The notes under the pieces: generated by a model | What the model was told of the DNA's origin: nothing | The model's input: the letters and a program-made list of their open reading frames with translations, nothing else | Databases searched by the model: none | Program-made: the position numbers and the translations under genes | Assembly (NCBI GenBank): GCA_023150835.1 | Contig: JAKLKB010000065.1 | Coordinates: 1-48,837 of the forward strand | Direction of reading: 5' to 3' | DNA: 48,837 bases | Source of the DNA: Myxococcota bacterium | GTDB taxonomy: Bacteria > Myxococcota_C > UBA6777 | Shown: in pieces, positions 1 through 9,037 of the stretch | How the letters are laid out: every line of letters begins with the position of its first letter | How positions within the stretch are numbered: the first letter of the stretch is position 1

Positions 1-197
1 TGCACGACGCGCAGACGCTGCCCGTTCCAACTTCCCCCCGTTCACGGGGGGATTGAGGGGGGGCGACAAAAGAAACGGCGATCAGGCTAGACTATCCGGT
101 GTTTCCACCTTAACAAGGCGCGTATGGGGGCTGCCCCTACCTCTTCACGATCACACAACGGGTGGATTTCGTATAAGCTCTATCGTACAAGTCCTAT
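1..197. mobile_element. Composite of nested MITE/REP-like ends (truncated by window start)
   Basis: 1-26 and 101-130 match 33750-33808; GGGGGCTGCCCCTAC hairpin and GGATTTCGTA end of family B (ends ~173); AAGTCCTAT end of family A (~189-197); CCCCCCGTTCACGGGGGG palindrome at ~34-51. Confidence 0.6.
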
Positions 198-204
198 CCC
201 ACAA

Positions 205-275
205 GAGAGAAGAAAAAGCCGTTGAGAGAGAAGAAAAAGCCGTTGAGAGAGAAGAAAAAGCCGTTGAGAGAGAAG
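205..275. repeat. 21-bp tandem repeat x3.4 (GAGAGAAGAAAAAGCCGTTGA)
   Basis: Three exact copies plus a partial copy, upstream of sigma factor 1. Confidence 0.95.
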
Positions 276-513
276 TTTGAAAAAAAGTCGCCGAGAGAGA
301 AGGGGGGCGGGATCTAAAGAAGATGAAAGCAGCAAGAAAGGCCGTTGCTGGGAGGATTCAACCCTAGGCAGAGACAAGAAGTGCGGGCTATTGGCGTGGT
401 AAGTATTCTTTTTGTTGTGGCCAAGGTTGAGTCTTTCCAACAACGGCTTGTGTCGCGAAGATGGCGGTGGTAGGGCGAGTGATGAAGAGATGGATAGCGC
501 AGTGGTTGGGTGA

Positions 514-1050
514 GTGATGAAGTGGATAGCGCGGTGGTTGGGTGAGGATCGAGGGCAGTACGCAGAAGCCGAAGCGTTGTACCGCAGATATCATCCGATG
601 ATGCGGCGTCGTTGTCGGCGGATATTGCGAGATGAAGTGTTGGTGGATGATGCGATGCAAGAGAGTTTTTGGGCCTTGTGTCGGGGGTATGGGAGATTCC
701 AAGGGAATGAAGGCCAGTTGATGGCTTGGTTGTATCGGGTGACGACGAGCCATTGTTTGAAGGTGCTGGAGCGAGAACGTCGATGGGATCGGGTGGTGGA
801 AGCTGTTTGCGAAGAGAGAGCGATGTTTGGTTCGGATGTGGGGGAGTTTGAGTCGGATGTGGTGGTAAGAGAAGTCTTGTTGAAGCTGCCGCCGCTTCAG
901 AGAGAAGCGGTGTTGTATTGGTTGTTGGATGGGATGGCCCAAGAAGAGATCGCAGAGGTGATGGGAACGACACGGCATCAGGTAAGGCAGTGGCTGTCGT
1001 CCTTTGCGCAGAAAGCCAAGATCTGGATGGGATTGGAGGAGAGGGTATGA
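514..1050 (+). CDS. ECF (sigma-70 group 4) RNA polymerase sigma factor, module 1
   Basis: Region 2 (LYRRY..DDAMQESF..AWLYRVTTSHCL) and region 4 (LPPLQREAVLYWLLDGMAQEEIAEVMG) motifs; 178 aa; ATGA overlap with next gene. Confidence 0.9.
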   Translation: MMKWIARWLGEDRGQYAEAEALYRRYHPMMRRRCRRILRDEVLVDDAMQESFWALCRGYGRFQGNEGQLMAWLYRVTTSHCLKVLERERRWDRVVEAVCEERAMFGSDVGEFESDVVVREVLLKLPPLQREAVLYWLLDGMAQEEIAEVMGTTRHQVRQWLSSFAQKAKIWMGLEERV

Positions 1051-2108
1051 AAACAGAACGGATGGAACCTCCAGATGTGCGGCGAGGCCGAGAGCAGGGC
1101 GGTCACGGTAGGCTGTCGGAGTATCAGATGAGTCGGTATATGTTGGGCTTGATGAACGAGGGCGAACGATCGGCATTTGAGGTGATGTTGAAGATGGATG
1201 AGGCGGTGTGTGCGCAGTTTCAGCGTTTTCAGGCATCGTGGGAAGCCGAGAGATTTGATGAGCGACGCCATCGGATGCCTGTTTTTCCGGGTGCGTCAAG
1301 TATTCAAAATCGCCGTGTATGGGGGATCTTGCGTGCAAGCATGGCGGTCGCTGTCTTGGGGCTGGTATTGTGGGGGAGTCGATCGGTGTTTTGGATGCCG
1401 TTGGAGATGGGGCCACGGGTGCAAGGGTATCTCGTGGATGCGGGGAGAGATCTTGCGGATGCGAAGGATGCGAGGAATACGCCCGCTCCAGACACCATGA
1501 GAACGTCTGGTGTGGGAGCGGCGAAAAAGGCGAATGGTGTAGGGGCGAAGAAGAGCGAGCCGATGCGGACGAAAAAGGCGGAGGATGTAGGGGCGAAGAA
1601 GAGCGAGCCGATGCAGACGAAAAAGTCGGAGGATGTAGGGACAAAGAAGATCGGGCCGATGCGAACGAAAGGGAGTGTTGACCGCGTGTGGGCGAGTGGG
1701 ACGGAGCCGACGATGGTTGTGGCGTTGATGCGTGGAGGAAAGATCACGCAAGCGCGGTCGGGGCAGCATTTTTTGAAGGGGGATCGGCTGCGATTGGCAC
1801 ATCGGTGGGAACGGGGGGGGTATGTGTTTTGGGTGCATCGGCAAGGGAAGACGGTGACGCCGTTGTATCCGCGTGAGGGGAAGATGGAGAGCGTGCAAGT
1901 CGTCTCAGGGGAGATGATGTTGTTGCCGGGTTCTTTGGAGGTTTCGGGGGATGGCCGAGAGGAAGAGTGGTTGGTGGCTTGTTTTTCGCGGCGGCCTGTC
2001 TCTTTGGGGCGATTGCGAGCGGCCCTTGTGTCTTTGCCCAAAAAGATGGATCGTCATGCGTTGAGTGTGTGTGATCATCGTTTGCATTTTTTGGTGCGGA
2101 GAGAGTGA
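1047..2108 (+). CDS. Putative anti-sigma factor: N-terminal anti-sigma-like helix region, one TM helix, repeat linker, DUF4384-like C-terminal domain
   Basis: ATG 1047 overlaps the sigma stop (ATGA); LSEYQMSRYMLGLM..ERSAFE resembles degenerate zf-HC2 anti-sigma N-termini; TM ASMAVAVLGLVLWG; C-terminal GDRLRL..GYVFWV..LYP..LLPGSLEV..E motif pattern. Confidence 0.75.
   Translation: MKTERMEPPDVRRGREQGGHGRLSEYQMSRYMLGLMNEGERSAFEVMLKMDEAVCAQFQRFQASWEAERFDERRHRMPVFPGASSIQNRRVWGILRASMAVAVLGLVLWGSRSVFWMPLEMGPRVQGYLVDAGRDLADAKDARNTPAPDTMRTSGVGAAKKANGVGAKKSEPMRTKKAEDVGAKKSEPMQTKKSEDVGTKKIGPMRTKGSVDRVWASGTEPTMVVALMRGGKITQARSGQHFLKGDRLRLAHRWERGGYVFWVHRQGKTVTPLYPREGKMESVQVVSGEMMLLPGSLEVSGDGREEEWLVACFSRRPVSLGRLRAALVSLPKKMDRHALSVCDHRLHFLVRRE
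1523..1673 (+). repeat. In-frame 48-bp (16-aa) tandem repeat x3 in anti-sigma 1 linker
   Basis: KKAEDVGAKKSEPMRT-type units starting 1523, 1571, 1619. Confidence 0.9.
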
Positions 2109-4099
2109 TGGACCCGTGGCGTGCGCGGTTTGCATGGTGGAGAATGGGCTTCTTCCTGTGGTGTTGTGGAAGTGGAGGGCTTGTTCCCGACGTGCGACTT
2201 GCGGAGGCGTCCACGAAAGTTTCGGTGGTTCGGCGATTTGCGTTGTTGGTGGGTCAAGATGATGCAGGCGCACGTGCGCCAAGACTGCACTATGCGAGTC
2301 GGGATGCAGAAAAAATGCAAGAGCTTTTGATCTCGGTTTCAGGATTTCAGAAAGAAGATATCGTCTTACTTCGCCAGACACAGGCGCGGTCTGTGATGGC
2401 AGCGTTGGCGGGATTGCAGCGTCGGATCGCTCGGGTGCGTCGGGCGGAAAAGCACGCAGCGATCTGGTTGTTTGTGTATTATTCGGGGCATGTGAAACGA
2501 GACCGTTTGTTGTTGGGTCGCGGCAGCTTGGGATTTGCGCGGTTGCTTGGGATGATCCGAGGGATGGGGGCGGATCTACGTTTTGTGGTGGTGGATGCGT
2601 GTGAGTCAGGGGGGATGCTTCAAAAAGGCTTGACGTATCGGCGCGAAGGGTTTGCGGTGCCTTTTTTACAAGATCCGCAGATGACGCAGGGCGAGGTGAT
2701 CTTGACGGCGACAGGACAAAGCGAGCAAGCGCACGAAGATCCAACGCTCAAGGGTGGGATCTTTACACACTTCTTGATATCAGGCTTGCGCGGCGCTGCA
2801 GATCAAGATCGCGATCAGCGCGTGACGTTGGGGGAATTGTACCCGTATGTGTATCAGCGGGCTTTGCAACATTCGATGTTTTCGGTGCATGGACCGCAGC
2901 GGGCGCGTTTTGCACAAAGGCTTTCGGGGTACGGAGATCTTGTGTTGGCGCATCTTCGGGGGAGTCCAGCGCGTTTGACGGTCGAAAAAGGCGTTTCGGG
3001 GCGATTCTTTTTGTGGGACAAAAAACGCGAAAAGTTGTTTGCAGAGTGGACACACGGGCCAAAAGAATCGGCTCTCTCGGTGGCGCTGTCTGCAAAACAG
3101 TACATATTGGATTGGCGAAAAGGCACGTCATACAGTCGGATGGCGCTGGATTTACGGACCGAACGGCAGATCGTATTGAAAACCAAGACAGCAACGCATC
3201 TGGTCTGGCGTCCCGCACAAGAGTCGTCGACGGTGGCTTCGTTGGTGCGTTTTCCAAAAGAGTTGCAGGGTGACTTTGTGATCTGGGATCAGTTGCGCCA
3301 GCGGCCCTCTACGCGGGTTGCCAAACGCGCTGGCCATGCTGTTGTGTTGGAACTTCCCGCAGGAGCCTATCTGTTCGAGACACGAGGAACCCAAGGGGCG
3401 CGCCGTTATCCGTTGCGTTTGTCGACGGGGCAAGCGTTTGTGATCCCTGTAGATTGGGCTGTTGCAGAAGATACAGACGCAATCGGTGGAGAGGTTGTAC
3501 CGATGCGTTTGGAGAGGGAGGCTTTTTTAGGGCCGCGCAAGTCTTTTGGCGATCGGGAGCGGGATGGATTTTTAGTGCGATTGTACGAAGAAGTCTGGCG
3601 GCCACAAGCCGAGCAGATGCCGATGTGGGGGAGTGCGTTGGCTTGGTTAGAGGGGGAGGGATTGTTGTGGAGTGGGCGGCCTTTGGGGTGGACTCCGTTG
3701 GCTGGGTATTTGCGACTTCGCGGCGTGGTGGCCCCTGAGGCATCCATGCTTGCAGAGGCCGTTCCGATGGGTGGATACGAAGGGCAGATCGGGGCGATGT
3801 GGACGGTGTGGGAAGGCCGTTTTGCGGCGAGGGAGGGGGCAGAAGAAGGGCAGGTGCAGATCCATTTAGGCGGGTACATGGCCTTTTTACACGATCTTCG
3901 ACTGCGTGAAGCAGCAGGTCTATGGAGTGGGATCTCGTGGGGGATCGGGACAACGGCGCAGATCCATCTATCGGTGGCACGCCAACTTCGGTTGATCGGT
4001 TTGTTGGATTATCGGGGGTTGCGTGCAATCGAGGATCGCCGTTTGACTCGATGGCGCGGCGTGCTGTCTTTTTCGTTGGGATGGCTGCTGCATTTCTAG
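2105..4099 (+). CDS. Exported caspase-family (peptidase C14) protein with C-terminal beta-barrel-like domain, module 1
   Basis: RFALLVG..LHYASRDAEKM, YYSGH (His codon 2489) and VDACESG (Cys codon 2600) dyad; GGIFTHFLISGLRGAAD; signal-like N-terminus; ends with amphipathic strand and terminal F (SFSLGWLLHF); GTGA overlap with upstream stop. Confidence 0.88.
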   Translation: MMDPWRARFAWWRMGFFLWCCGSGGLVPDVRLAEASTKVSVVRRFALLVGQDDAGARAPRLHYASRDAEKMQELLISVSGFQKEDIVLLRQTQARSVMAALAGLQRRIARVRRAEKHAAIWLFVYYSGHVKRDRLLLGRGSLGFARLLGMIRGMGADLRFVVVDACESGGMLQKGLTYRREGFAVPFLQDPQMTQGEVILTATGQSEQAHEDPTLKGGIFTHFLISGLRGAADQDRDQRVTLGELYPYVYQRALQHSMFSVHGPQRARFAQRLSGYGDLVLAHLRGSPARLTVEKGVSGRFFLWDKKREKLFAEWTHGPKESALSVALSAKQYILDWRKGTSYSRMALDLRTERQIVLKTKTATHLVWRPAQESSTVASLVRFPKELQGDFVIWDQLRQRPSTRVAKRAGHAVVLELPAGAYLFETRGTQGARRYPLRLSTGQAFVIPVDWAVAEDTDAIGGEVVPMRLEREAFLGPRKSFGDRERDGFLVRLYEEVWRPQAEQMPMWGSALAWLEGEGLLWSGRPLGWTPLAGYLRLRGVVAPEASMLAEAVPMGGYEGQIGAMWTVWEGRFAAREGAEEGQVQIHLGGYMAFLHDLRLREAAGLWSGISWGIGTTAQIHLSVARQLRLIGLLDYRGLRAIEDRRLTRWRGVLSFSLGWLLHF

Positions 4100-4129
4100 G
4101 TCGTTCACGGCTTAAAACTTTTTTCTCTG

Positions 4130-4245
4130 TAGGACTTACGCAGTTCGATACGAAAAAGGCCCATGTTCGGGCGCGGGCGGTTCGCGAACCGCCCCTACAA
4201 CGGGTTGATTCTTCACGCTTTCCCTCTTCAACTGCGTAACTCCTA
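4130..4245. mobile_element. MITE family A copy (TIR TAGGACTTACGCAGTT / AACTGCGTAACTCCTA) with internal GTAG-type REP hairpin
   Basis: 15/16 matching terminal inverted repeat; internal GGGCGGTTCGCGAACCGCCCCTAC palindrome. Confidence 0.8.
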
Positions 4246-4252
4246 TCTCTGG

Positions 4253-4403
4253 TAGGGCTTACACGGTTGGATAATGTTTGGGGTTTCACCCCCACACCCC
4301 ACGAGAGGGCAAAGCCCTCTTGACCCCGTATTGGCGGGGCGAATAGAGGTTTTTCAAACCAACGACGTCGCCGCTTGGGCGTCCTCGAACGCGGGGGTTT
4401 TTT
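4253..4403 (-). mobile_element. MITE family A copy (twin-hairpin core)
   Basis: Reverse complement matches core AAAAACCCCCGCGTTCG..CAAGCG..TTGAAAA..ACGGGGTCAAG..GGGG..CCCCA; TAGGGCTTACACGGTT end. Confidence 0.75.
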
Positions 4404-4497
4404 CTTCATCGTCATCTCTTAGATGAGCGTAGGCAGTTTTTTCTCTAGCTAAGTTTTTTATTCTTTTACATATTTCTTCTTTGGATGGGAGGCTAGA

Positions 4498-5082
4498 ATG
4501 CGGGTTCGAACCTTTGGTGGATGGGTGCGTTTGGGCGCGTGGTGTGGTGTTTGTTGGGTGGTTATGGGGGTCGCAACGCAGGCGAATGCTTCGGATGCAA
4601 GGCGGTTTGCAGAAAAACTGCATCGAGAGAAGCTGCATTATGGATTCAACAAGGAGGGGAAAGTGGCTTTGCTCAAAGGGGACAAAGAAGCGCATCTGGG
4701 CGTGTTGGGTTCGGGCTATCACAGTTTGTTTCAAGGTTCCGAAGTGGCGCAAAAAGCGGGAAGTCAGGCCCATGCGATGGCGATCAGTGCGACGATCTTG
4801 TCGATCTTGGGCATCGCTGCAAGTGCGACAGGGGCCGCGATCTTTGCGGTTGATCCACAAGGCTTTTTGCCTGAACATCGGCCCGCTCGGGCTGTGTTAA
4901 ATGCCTCGCTTTTGTTTGGTGGTTTGGCCTTGTTGTATGGGTCGATGCTGCTCAACATCCAAGCACAAGAAAAAACCTATTTTGCGATTAAAGCGTACAA
5001 TCGGGATTTAGAGAAAAAGGCGCTGCGCGAATGGAAGCCACACAAACCCCCTCACGGACATCGGCTGTTTCGGGCTGATTGA
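4498..5082 (+). CDS. Hypothetical exported/membrane protein
   Basis: GGGAGG SD then ATG; signal-peptide-like N-terminus (..ATQANA); two hydrophobic helices. Confidence 0.65.
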   Translation: MRVRTFGGWVRLGAWCGVCWVVMGVATQANASDARRFAEKLHREKLHYGFNKEGKVALLKGDKEAHLGVLGSGYHSLFQGSEVAQKAGSQAHAMAISATILSILGIAASATGAAIFAVDPQGFLPEHRPARAVLNASLLFGGLALLYGSMLLNIQAQEKTYFAIKAYNRDLEKKALREWKPHKPPHGHRLFRAD

Positions 5083-5155
5083 TTTGTTTTTCGATCGAGG
5101 GGGGCGGTGAACAGTAGCGCATCGGCTGTTTCGGGCCGATTGATTTGTTTTCGAT
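5059..5155. repeat. ~37-bp direct repeat (period 61) duplicating the 3' end and stop of the 4498 gene
   Basis: CATCGGCTGTTTCGGGC(T/C)GATTGATTTGTTTT at 5059 and 5120. Confidence 0.9.
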
Positions 5156-5159
5156 GCTG

Positions 5160-5325
5160 TAGGAATGATGCAGTTGGCAGCCCCCGTGTTCGTGGACTTT
5201 CAAGCGACAGGGTCGTTGTTTTGAAAAACCGTGATCTCTTCGCCAACACGGGGTCAAGGGAGCCGCGCTAAGGAGGCGGGGCGTGGGGTGCCAACCCACA
5301 AAACCATCGAACTGCGCAAGTCCTA
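5160..5325 (+). mobile_element. MITE family A copy
   Basis: TAGGAATGATGCAGTT ... AACTGCGCAAGTCCTA termini enclosing the conserved core. Confidence 0.8.
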
Positions 5326-5384
5326 TGTTCAAACAAGACCAGCGGCAGCGAAAAATGGAGCGAAAAAAAGAAGGAGACAGCGTC

Positions 5385-5981
5385 GTGGATGTGGTGGAAG
5401 AAAAGAAGCGTTTGCGGGTTGCGTACCAAGCGAGGAGATCGCAGTTAGAGAGGGAGTGGGTTGCACAAGCAAGCGGCAGGATCAGCGATCAAGTCGTTGG
5501 TTTGGGGCTTTTGGAGGGTGCGCGTTGCGTGGGGGGATTTTGGCCGATCGGGCATGAAGTGGATCTGCGGCCAGCATTGGAGCATTTGGAGGCGCGGGGG
5601 GTGGTGATCGGTTTGCCGGTAGTGGTGGGGCCGCGCCGTCCGTTGTGTTTTCGGCGTTGGACGCCACAGACACCGATGCAGCGGGCTGTTTTTGATGTAA
5701 TGATCCCGACCGAAGCAGCCGATGTCTGTGTTCCAGATGCGCTGTTGGTGCCGTTGTTGGCGTTTGATCGAAAAGGGTACCGTTTGGGGTACGGTGCGGG
5801 TTATTATGATCGAACGTTGGAGGCGATGCGCGCCCAAGGTCCGCTCTTGACGGTAGGAGTCGCTTACTCTATGCAAGAGCATCCAAGTTTGCCTGCCGAT
5901 GGGGGTGATCAGCCGTTGGACTGGGTGTTGACAGAGCAAGGCTTGTTGTGTACGAGCGGCAAGGCAGGGGAACGCCCGTGA
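5385..5981 (+). CDS. ygfA: 5-formyltetrahydrofolate cyclo-ligase
   Basis: EKKRLR..RR N-terminus; LLVPLLAFDRKGYRLGYGAGYYDRTL; DQPLDWVLTE; GTG start chosen 8 nt after AAGGAG (ATG 5355 is an alternative). Confidence 0.92.
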   Translation: MDVVEEKKRLRVAYQARRSQLEREWVAQASGRISDQVVGLGLLEGARCVGGFWPIGHEVDLRPALEHLEARGVVIGLPVVVGPRRPLCFRRWTPQTPMQRAVFDVMIPTEAADVCVPDALLVPLLAFDRKGYRLGYGAGYYDRTLEAMRAQGPLLTVGVAYSMQEHPSLPADGGDQPLDWVLTEQGLLCTSGKAGERP

Positions 5982-6011
5982 GATGGCTCGGATGGTGCGA
6001 AGGAGCGTAAG

Positions 6012-6917
6012 GTGACGCAAGAGAAGATTCGGGAAAATGTGTTGGATGAGCTGTTGATGTTGCTGAATCTGGAGAAGATTGAAGAAAATATCTTTCGAGG
6101 GCGCAGCCAAGATCTGGGGTTTGGAAATATCTTTGGGGGGCAGGTTTTGGGACAAGCGTTGTCTGCGGCGCTCCAGACGGTTCCCAAAGATCGGCGCGTA
6201 CACAGCCTGCATGGGTATTTTTTGAGACCGGGAGATCCCGCGATGTCCATCGTGTACGAAGTGGACTGTATCCGCGATGGCAAGAGCTTTACGACCCGTC
6301 GTGTGGTGGCGATCCAAAAAGGGCAAGCGATCTTTTCGATGTCATCGTCTTTTCAGGTCGAAGAATCGGGCTTTGAGCATCAAGACACACCGCCAGAAGT
6401 CGTCGGACCCGAAGGGCTCGAATCGTGGTTGGACTGGGCGCGTGGCATGGAAGATCGTATCCCCCCAAATATCCGGCCCAAACTGCTGTGTGAACGCCCG
6501 ATCGAGATCCGAGTGGTCAATCCTGTGAACCCCTTCAATCCGAGGAAACAACCTCCTGTACGTTATTCTTGGTTTCGCGCCATCCACCCCATGCCTGACG
6601 ATCCTGTGATCCATCGCTACATGTTGGCGTACGCTTCGGACTTTGGTCTGGTTTCGGCCTCGCTGTATCCACACGGCCACACCTATTGGGAACCCGATAT
6701 GCAGGTGACCAGCCTCGATCATGCGATGTGGTTTCATCGAGAGTTTCGGATGGATGAATGGTTGTTGTACGTCACGCAAAGCCCCTCTGCCAGCGGGGCG
6801 CGTGGCTTGAACTTTGGCAAGATCTACCAACACGGCCAACTGGTCGCCTCGACCGCTCAAGAAGGTCTGATCCGCTACCGTGGGAATGAGAGCAGCCGCT
6901 CTTCTCAATCCCCCTAA
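6012..6917 (+). CDS. tesB: Acyl-CoA thioesterase II
   Basis: FGGQVLGQAL, HSLHGYFLRPG, RDGKSFTTRRV, LAYASD, SLDHAMWFH, QEGLIR motifs; AAGGAG SD. Confidence 0.95.
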   Translation: MTQEKIRENVLDELLMLLNLEKIEENIFRGRSQDLGFGNIFGGQVLGQALSAALQTVPKDRRVHSLHGYFLRPGDPAMSIVYEVDCIRDGKSFTTRRVVAIQKGQAIFSMSSSFQVEESGFEHQDTPPEVVGPEGLESWLDWARGMEDRIPPNIRPKLLCERPIEIRVVNPVNPFNPRKQPPVRYSWFRAIHPMPDDPVIHRYMLAYASDFGLVSASLYPHGHTYWEPDMQVTSLDHAMWFHREFRMDEWLLYVTQSPSASGARGLNFGKIYQHGQLVASTAQEGLIRYRGNESSRSSQSP

Positions 6918-7028
6918 TACGATCTCCGAGTGATGTGTACACGAAGGGTCGTGCGTAGGTGCCCTGTTATCGGGCAGCCACAGGGGGCTGCCCCTACATC
7001 TTTACGCTCACAACGGGCGGATCTCGTA
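6918..7028. mobile_element. MITE family B copy (TIR ~TACGAGATCCGC) with GTAG-type hairpin
   Basis: TACGATCTCCG ... CGGATCTCGTA termini; GGGCAGCCACAGGGGGCTGCCCCTAC; inserted right after the tesB stop. Confidence 0.75.
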
Positions 7029-7183
7029 TAACCCATATCGCCCTTGCGGTCGAACTCGGCGAAGTATCCGAGCAGCCGCTCTTCCCAACCCCCCTAACCC
7101 CGCCGCTTTTCGTCTGCACTCCCTCCTGTTTTTTTACAATTATTCACCCGCTTTTTTTCGCAAGTACACTCTTCAGTACAGAG

Positions 7184-7350
7184 AGGAGTTGCGCGGATGC
7201 CAAAAAGGCCGTGTTCGTGGCACCCCAAGCGAGAGGGCCGTTTGTTTTTAAAACGCCTGCTCGTTTCGCCGATACGGGGTCAAGGGGACGCAGTTCCCTT
7301 GTGGGGCGTGGGGTGAAACCCCACACAACAGATCCAACCGCGTCGCTCCC
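7184..7350 (+). mobile_element. MITE family A copy upstream of sigma 2
   Basis: AAAAAGGCCGTGTTCG..CAAGCG..ACGGGGTCAAGGGGACGCAGTTCCCTTG..TGGGGTGAAACCCCACA; degenerate TIRs. Confidence 0.75.
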
Positions 7351-7402
7351 GATCGATGCACAACGCAGATCCCCAACAACGTGTGGCAGGTGGTGTTTGG
7401 GA

Positions 7403-7912
7403 ATGGATGAGCAAGTAGTTTTTGATGATCTCGTTCGGACATATACGGATCGTGTGCGTGGTTATTTTTGGCATGCGTGGCGGCTTTCGGAAGCGGATGT
7501 AGACGAACTCACCCAAGAAGCTTTTTTGGAAGTGTGGCGTGCTTTGCCCGGTTTTCGGTCGGAATGTAGCGTGTTGTGGTGGATCTTGCGGATATGCCGT
7601 CGGATGGCATGGCGGTATGTCAGAAGGCAGCAGATCCGCAGCTTTTTTGGGCTGCGCTCCAACGCACCGCTTGAACATGAGGCGGCGGACGAACGGTTGG
7701 GCGCAACCCTTGAAGCGCGCAGCGAGATTCGCGCTTTGATCTCCGCGATGAAGAGGCTTACTGCTACCGATCGCGAGTTAATTTACCTGCACTACGTCGA
7801 AGACTTGAAGGAACCCGAGATGGCCGAGATATTGGAGATCAACAGACACACGCTTCACACGCGACTCAACCACGCAAGGAGGCGCTTGCATCGGCTCTTT
7901 AGAGCATCCTAA
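7403..7912 (+). CDS. ECF RNA polymerase sigma factor, module 2
   Basis: FDDLVRTY..DELTQEAFLEVWRALPGFRSECS..WILRI; region 4 LTATDRELIYLHYVEDLKEPEMAEILEIN..TRLNHARRRL; ATG 7403 (upstream ORF extension runs through MITEs). Confidence 0.9.
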   Translation: MDEQVVFDDLVRTYTDRVRGYFWHAWRLSEADVDELTQEAFLEVWRALPGFRSECSVLWWILRICRRMAWRYVRRQQIRSFFGLRSNAPLEHEAADERLGATLEARSEIRALISAMKRLTATDRELIYLHYVEDLKEPEMAEILEINRHTLHTRLNHARRRLHRLFRAS

Positions 7913-8017
7913 GAGTGAGCGGTTGGGTCGTTCCTATCACCGCAAAAAGTGATCGTGATCAGGCACGACGCGCCAGTTGAGATGGACAGCTTCACAAAGA
8001 AGCCTTGGGTAGGGAAG

Positions 8018-9010
8018 ATGATCGTGGTCAAAAAACAAGACGAAACAGAAGATGTAAATACCTCGAAAGAATCTGAGTTCTCGGATTTTTTGAGAGAGGC
8101 GATGCAAGACCCAGCTTTCGGTGTCCCTCGGCCCTCCGCAGATCTGCAACAACGGCTGCGTGCCATTCCACAACAACACCCCCGATCTGCCCCGCGTTCT
8201 CGCACGATGTGGGCGGCATTGTTTCCGATCGCAGGAGTGGCCGCTGTGTTGGTGTTCCTTTTCATTGGGCAACCGCCGATCGACCCGATCTCCTCGACTC
8301 CTTCGATGCTTCCTCCACCGATCCCCCCGCCAACACAACGCATCTCCCATCCGTCGGTCGTAAGGCGCGATACGCTCCCCACGCTGCGCAGAGTCGAGCC
8401 GCCCGTAGCTCGACGCGACACACCACCAACATTGCGTAGAGTCGAGCCGCCTGTCGTTCGGCGTGATACACCACCAACGTTGCGTAGAGTCGAGCCGCCT
8501 GTGTTGCGTCGCATGGCGGCTTCTCCTTCGGGACTTGTCGCCAAAGGCACCTTATGGGAGCCCTTGTACGCTCACCAACGAGGAGCAGGACTGCCTAGAC
8601 AATCGAGGGTCTTGCGCAATGGTGTGGTCTTGTACCCCGGCGATCTTGTCCAGTGGACCTACAAGATCAGCGCGCCTGTCTATGTTTTTTTGGTGGGAAT
8701 GAACCGAGAAGGCGAGATCTATCCGCTGTTGCCGCAGCCTCCCGAACCATCTGCCATCCGTCTCGAACGCCTCCAAGGCTCGCTACCCCAAGCGGACGGA
8801 GAAGCACGCGCCTTCCGCTTGGATCACTACGTCGGTGCCGAGCGTTTCTTTGTGTTCCAATCCTCGAAGCCCTTCTCTTTTCAAGAAGTAAAAAGAGAGT
8901 TGCTTTCTGCTTGGGAGATTAGTCAGAAAAAGATAGAAAAGATGGTTCTTGTCTCCACTGTTTGGTCGATCTATACTGTGTACTTTGTCAAAAAAGCACG
9001 CGAAGATTGA
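8018..9010 (+). CDS. Putative anti-sigma factor with TM helix, Pro/Arg repeat linker and DUF4384-like domain
   Basis: Directly after sigma 2; TM WAALFPIAGVAAVLVFLFIG; C-terminal LYPGDLVQW..VYVFLVG..GEIYPLLP..FRLDHYVGAERFFVFQSSKP; start uncertain (7949/7982/8018). Confidence 0.78.
   Translation: MIVVKKQDETEDVNTSKESEFSDFLREAMQDPAFGVPRPSADLQQRLRAIPQQHPRSAPRSRTMWAALFPIAGVAAVLVFLFIGQPPIDPISSTPSMLPPPIPPPTQRISHPSVVRRDTLPTLRRVEPPVARRDTPPTLRRVEPPVVRRDTPPTLRRVEPPVLRRMAASPSGLVAKGTLWEPLYAHQRGAGLPRQSRVLRNGVVLYPGDLVQWTYKISAPVYVFLVGMNREGEIYPLLPQPPEPSAIRLERLQGSLPQADGEARAFRLDHYVGAERFFVFQSSKPFSFQEVKRELLSAWEISQKKIEKMVLVSTVWSIYTVYFVKKARED
8356..8512 (+). repeat. In-frame 48-bp (16-aa) repeat x3 in anti-sigma 2 linker
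   Basis: RRDTPPTLRRVEPPVV-type units, diverged mostly at synonymous sites. Confidence 0.9.
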
Positions 9011-9037
9011 TCGAAAAAACAGTAGAGAGCATCTAAA

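Noticed and set aside
5083-5384. 6S RNA (ssrS), often found upstream of ygfA
   Set aside because: The interval is explained by a 61-bp-period duplication and a family A MITE; no long 6S-like rod recognised
7085-7115. ECF-type promoter (AAC...CGTC) upstream of sigma 2
   Set aside because: Spacing is 12 or 21 nt rather than about 16-17; not supportable
6959-7402. N-terminal extension of sigma 2 in the ORF track
   Set aside because: Reads through two MITEs; sigma homology starts at ATG 7403
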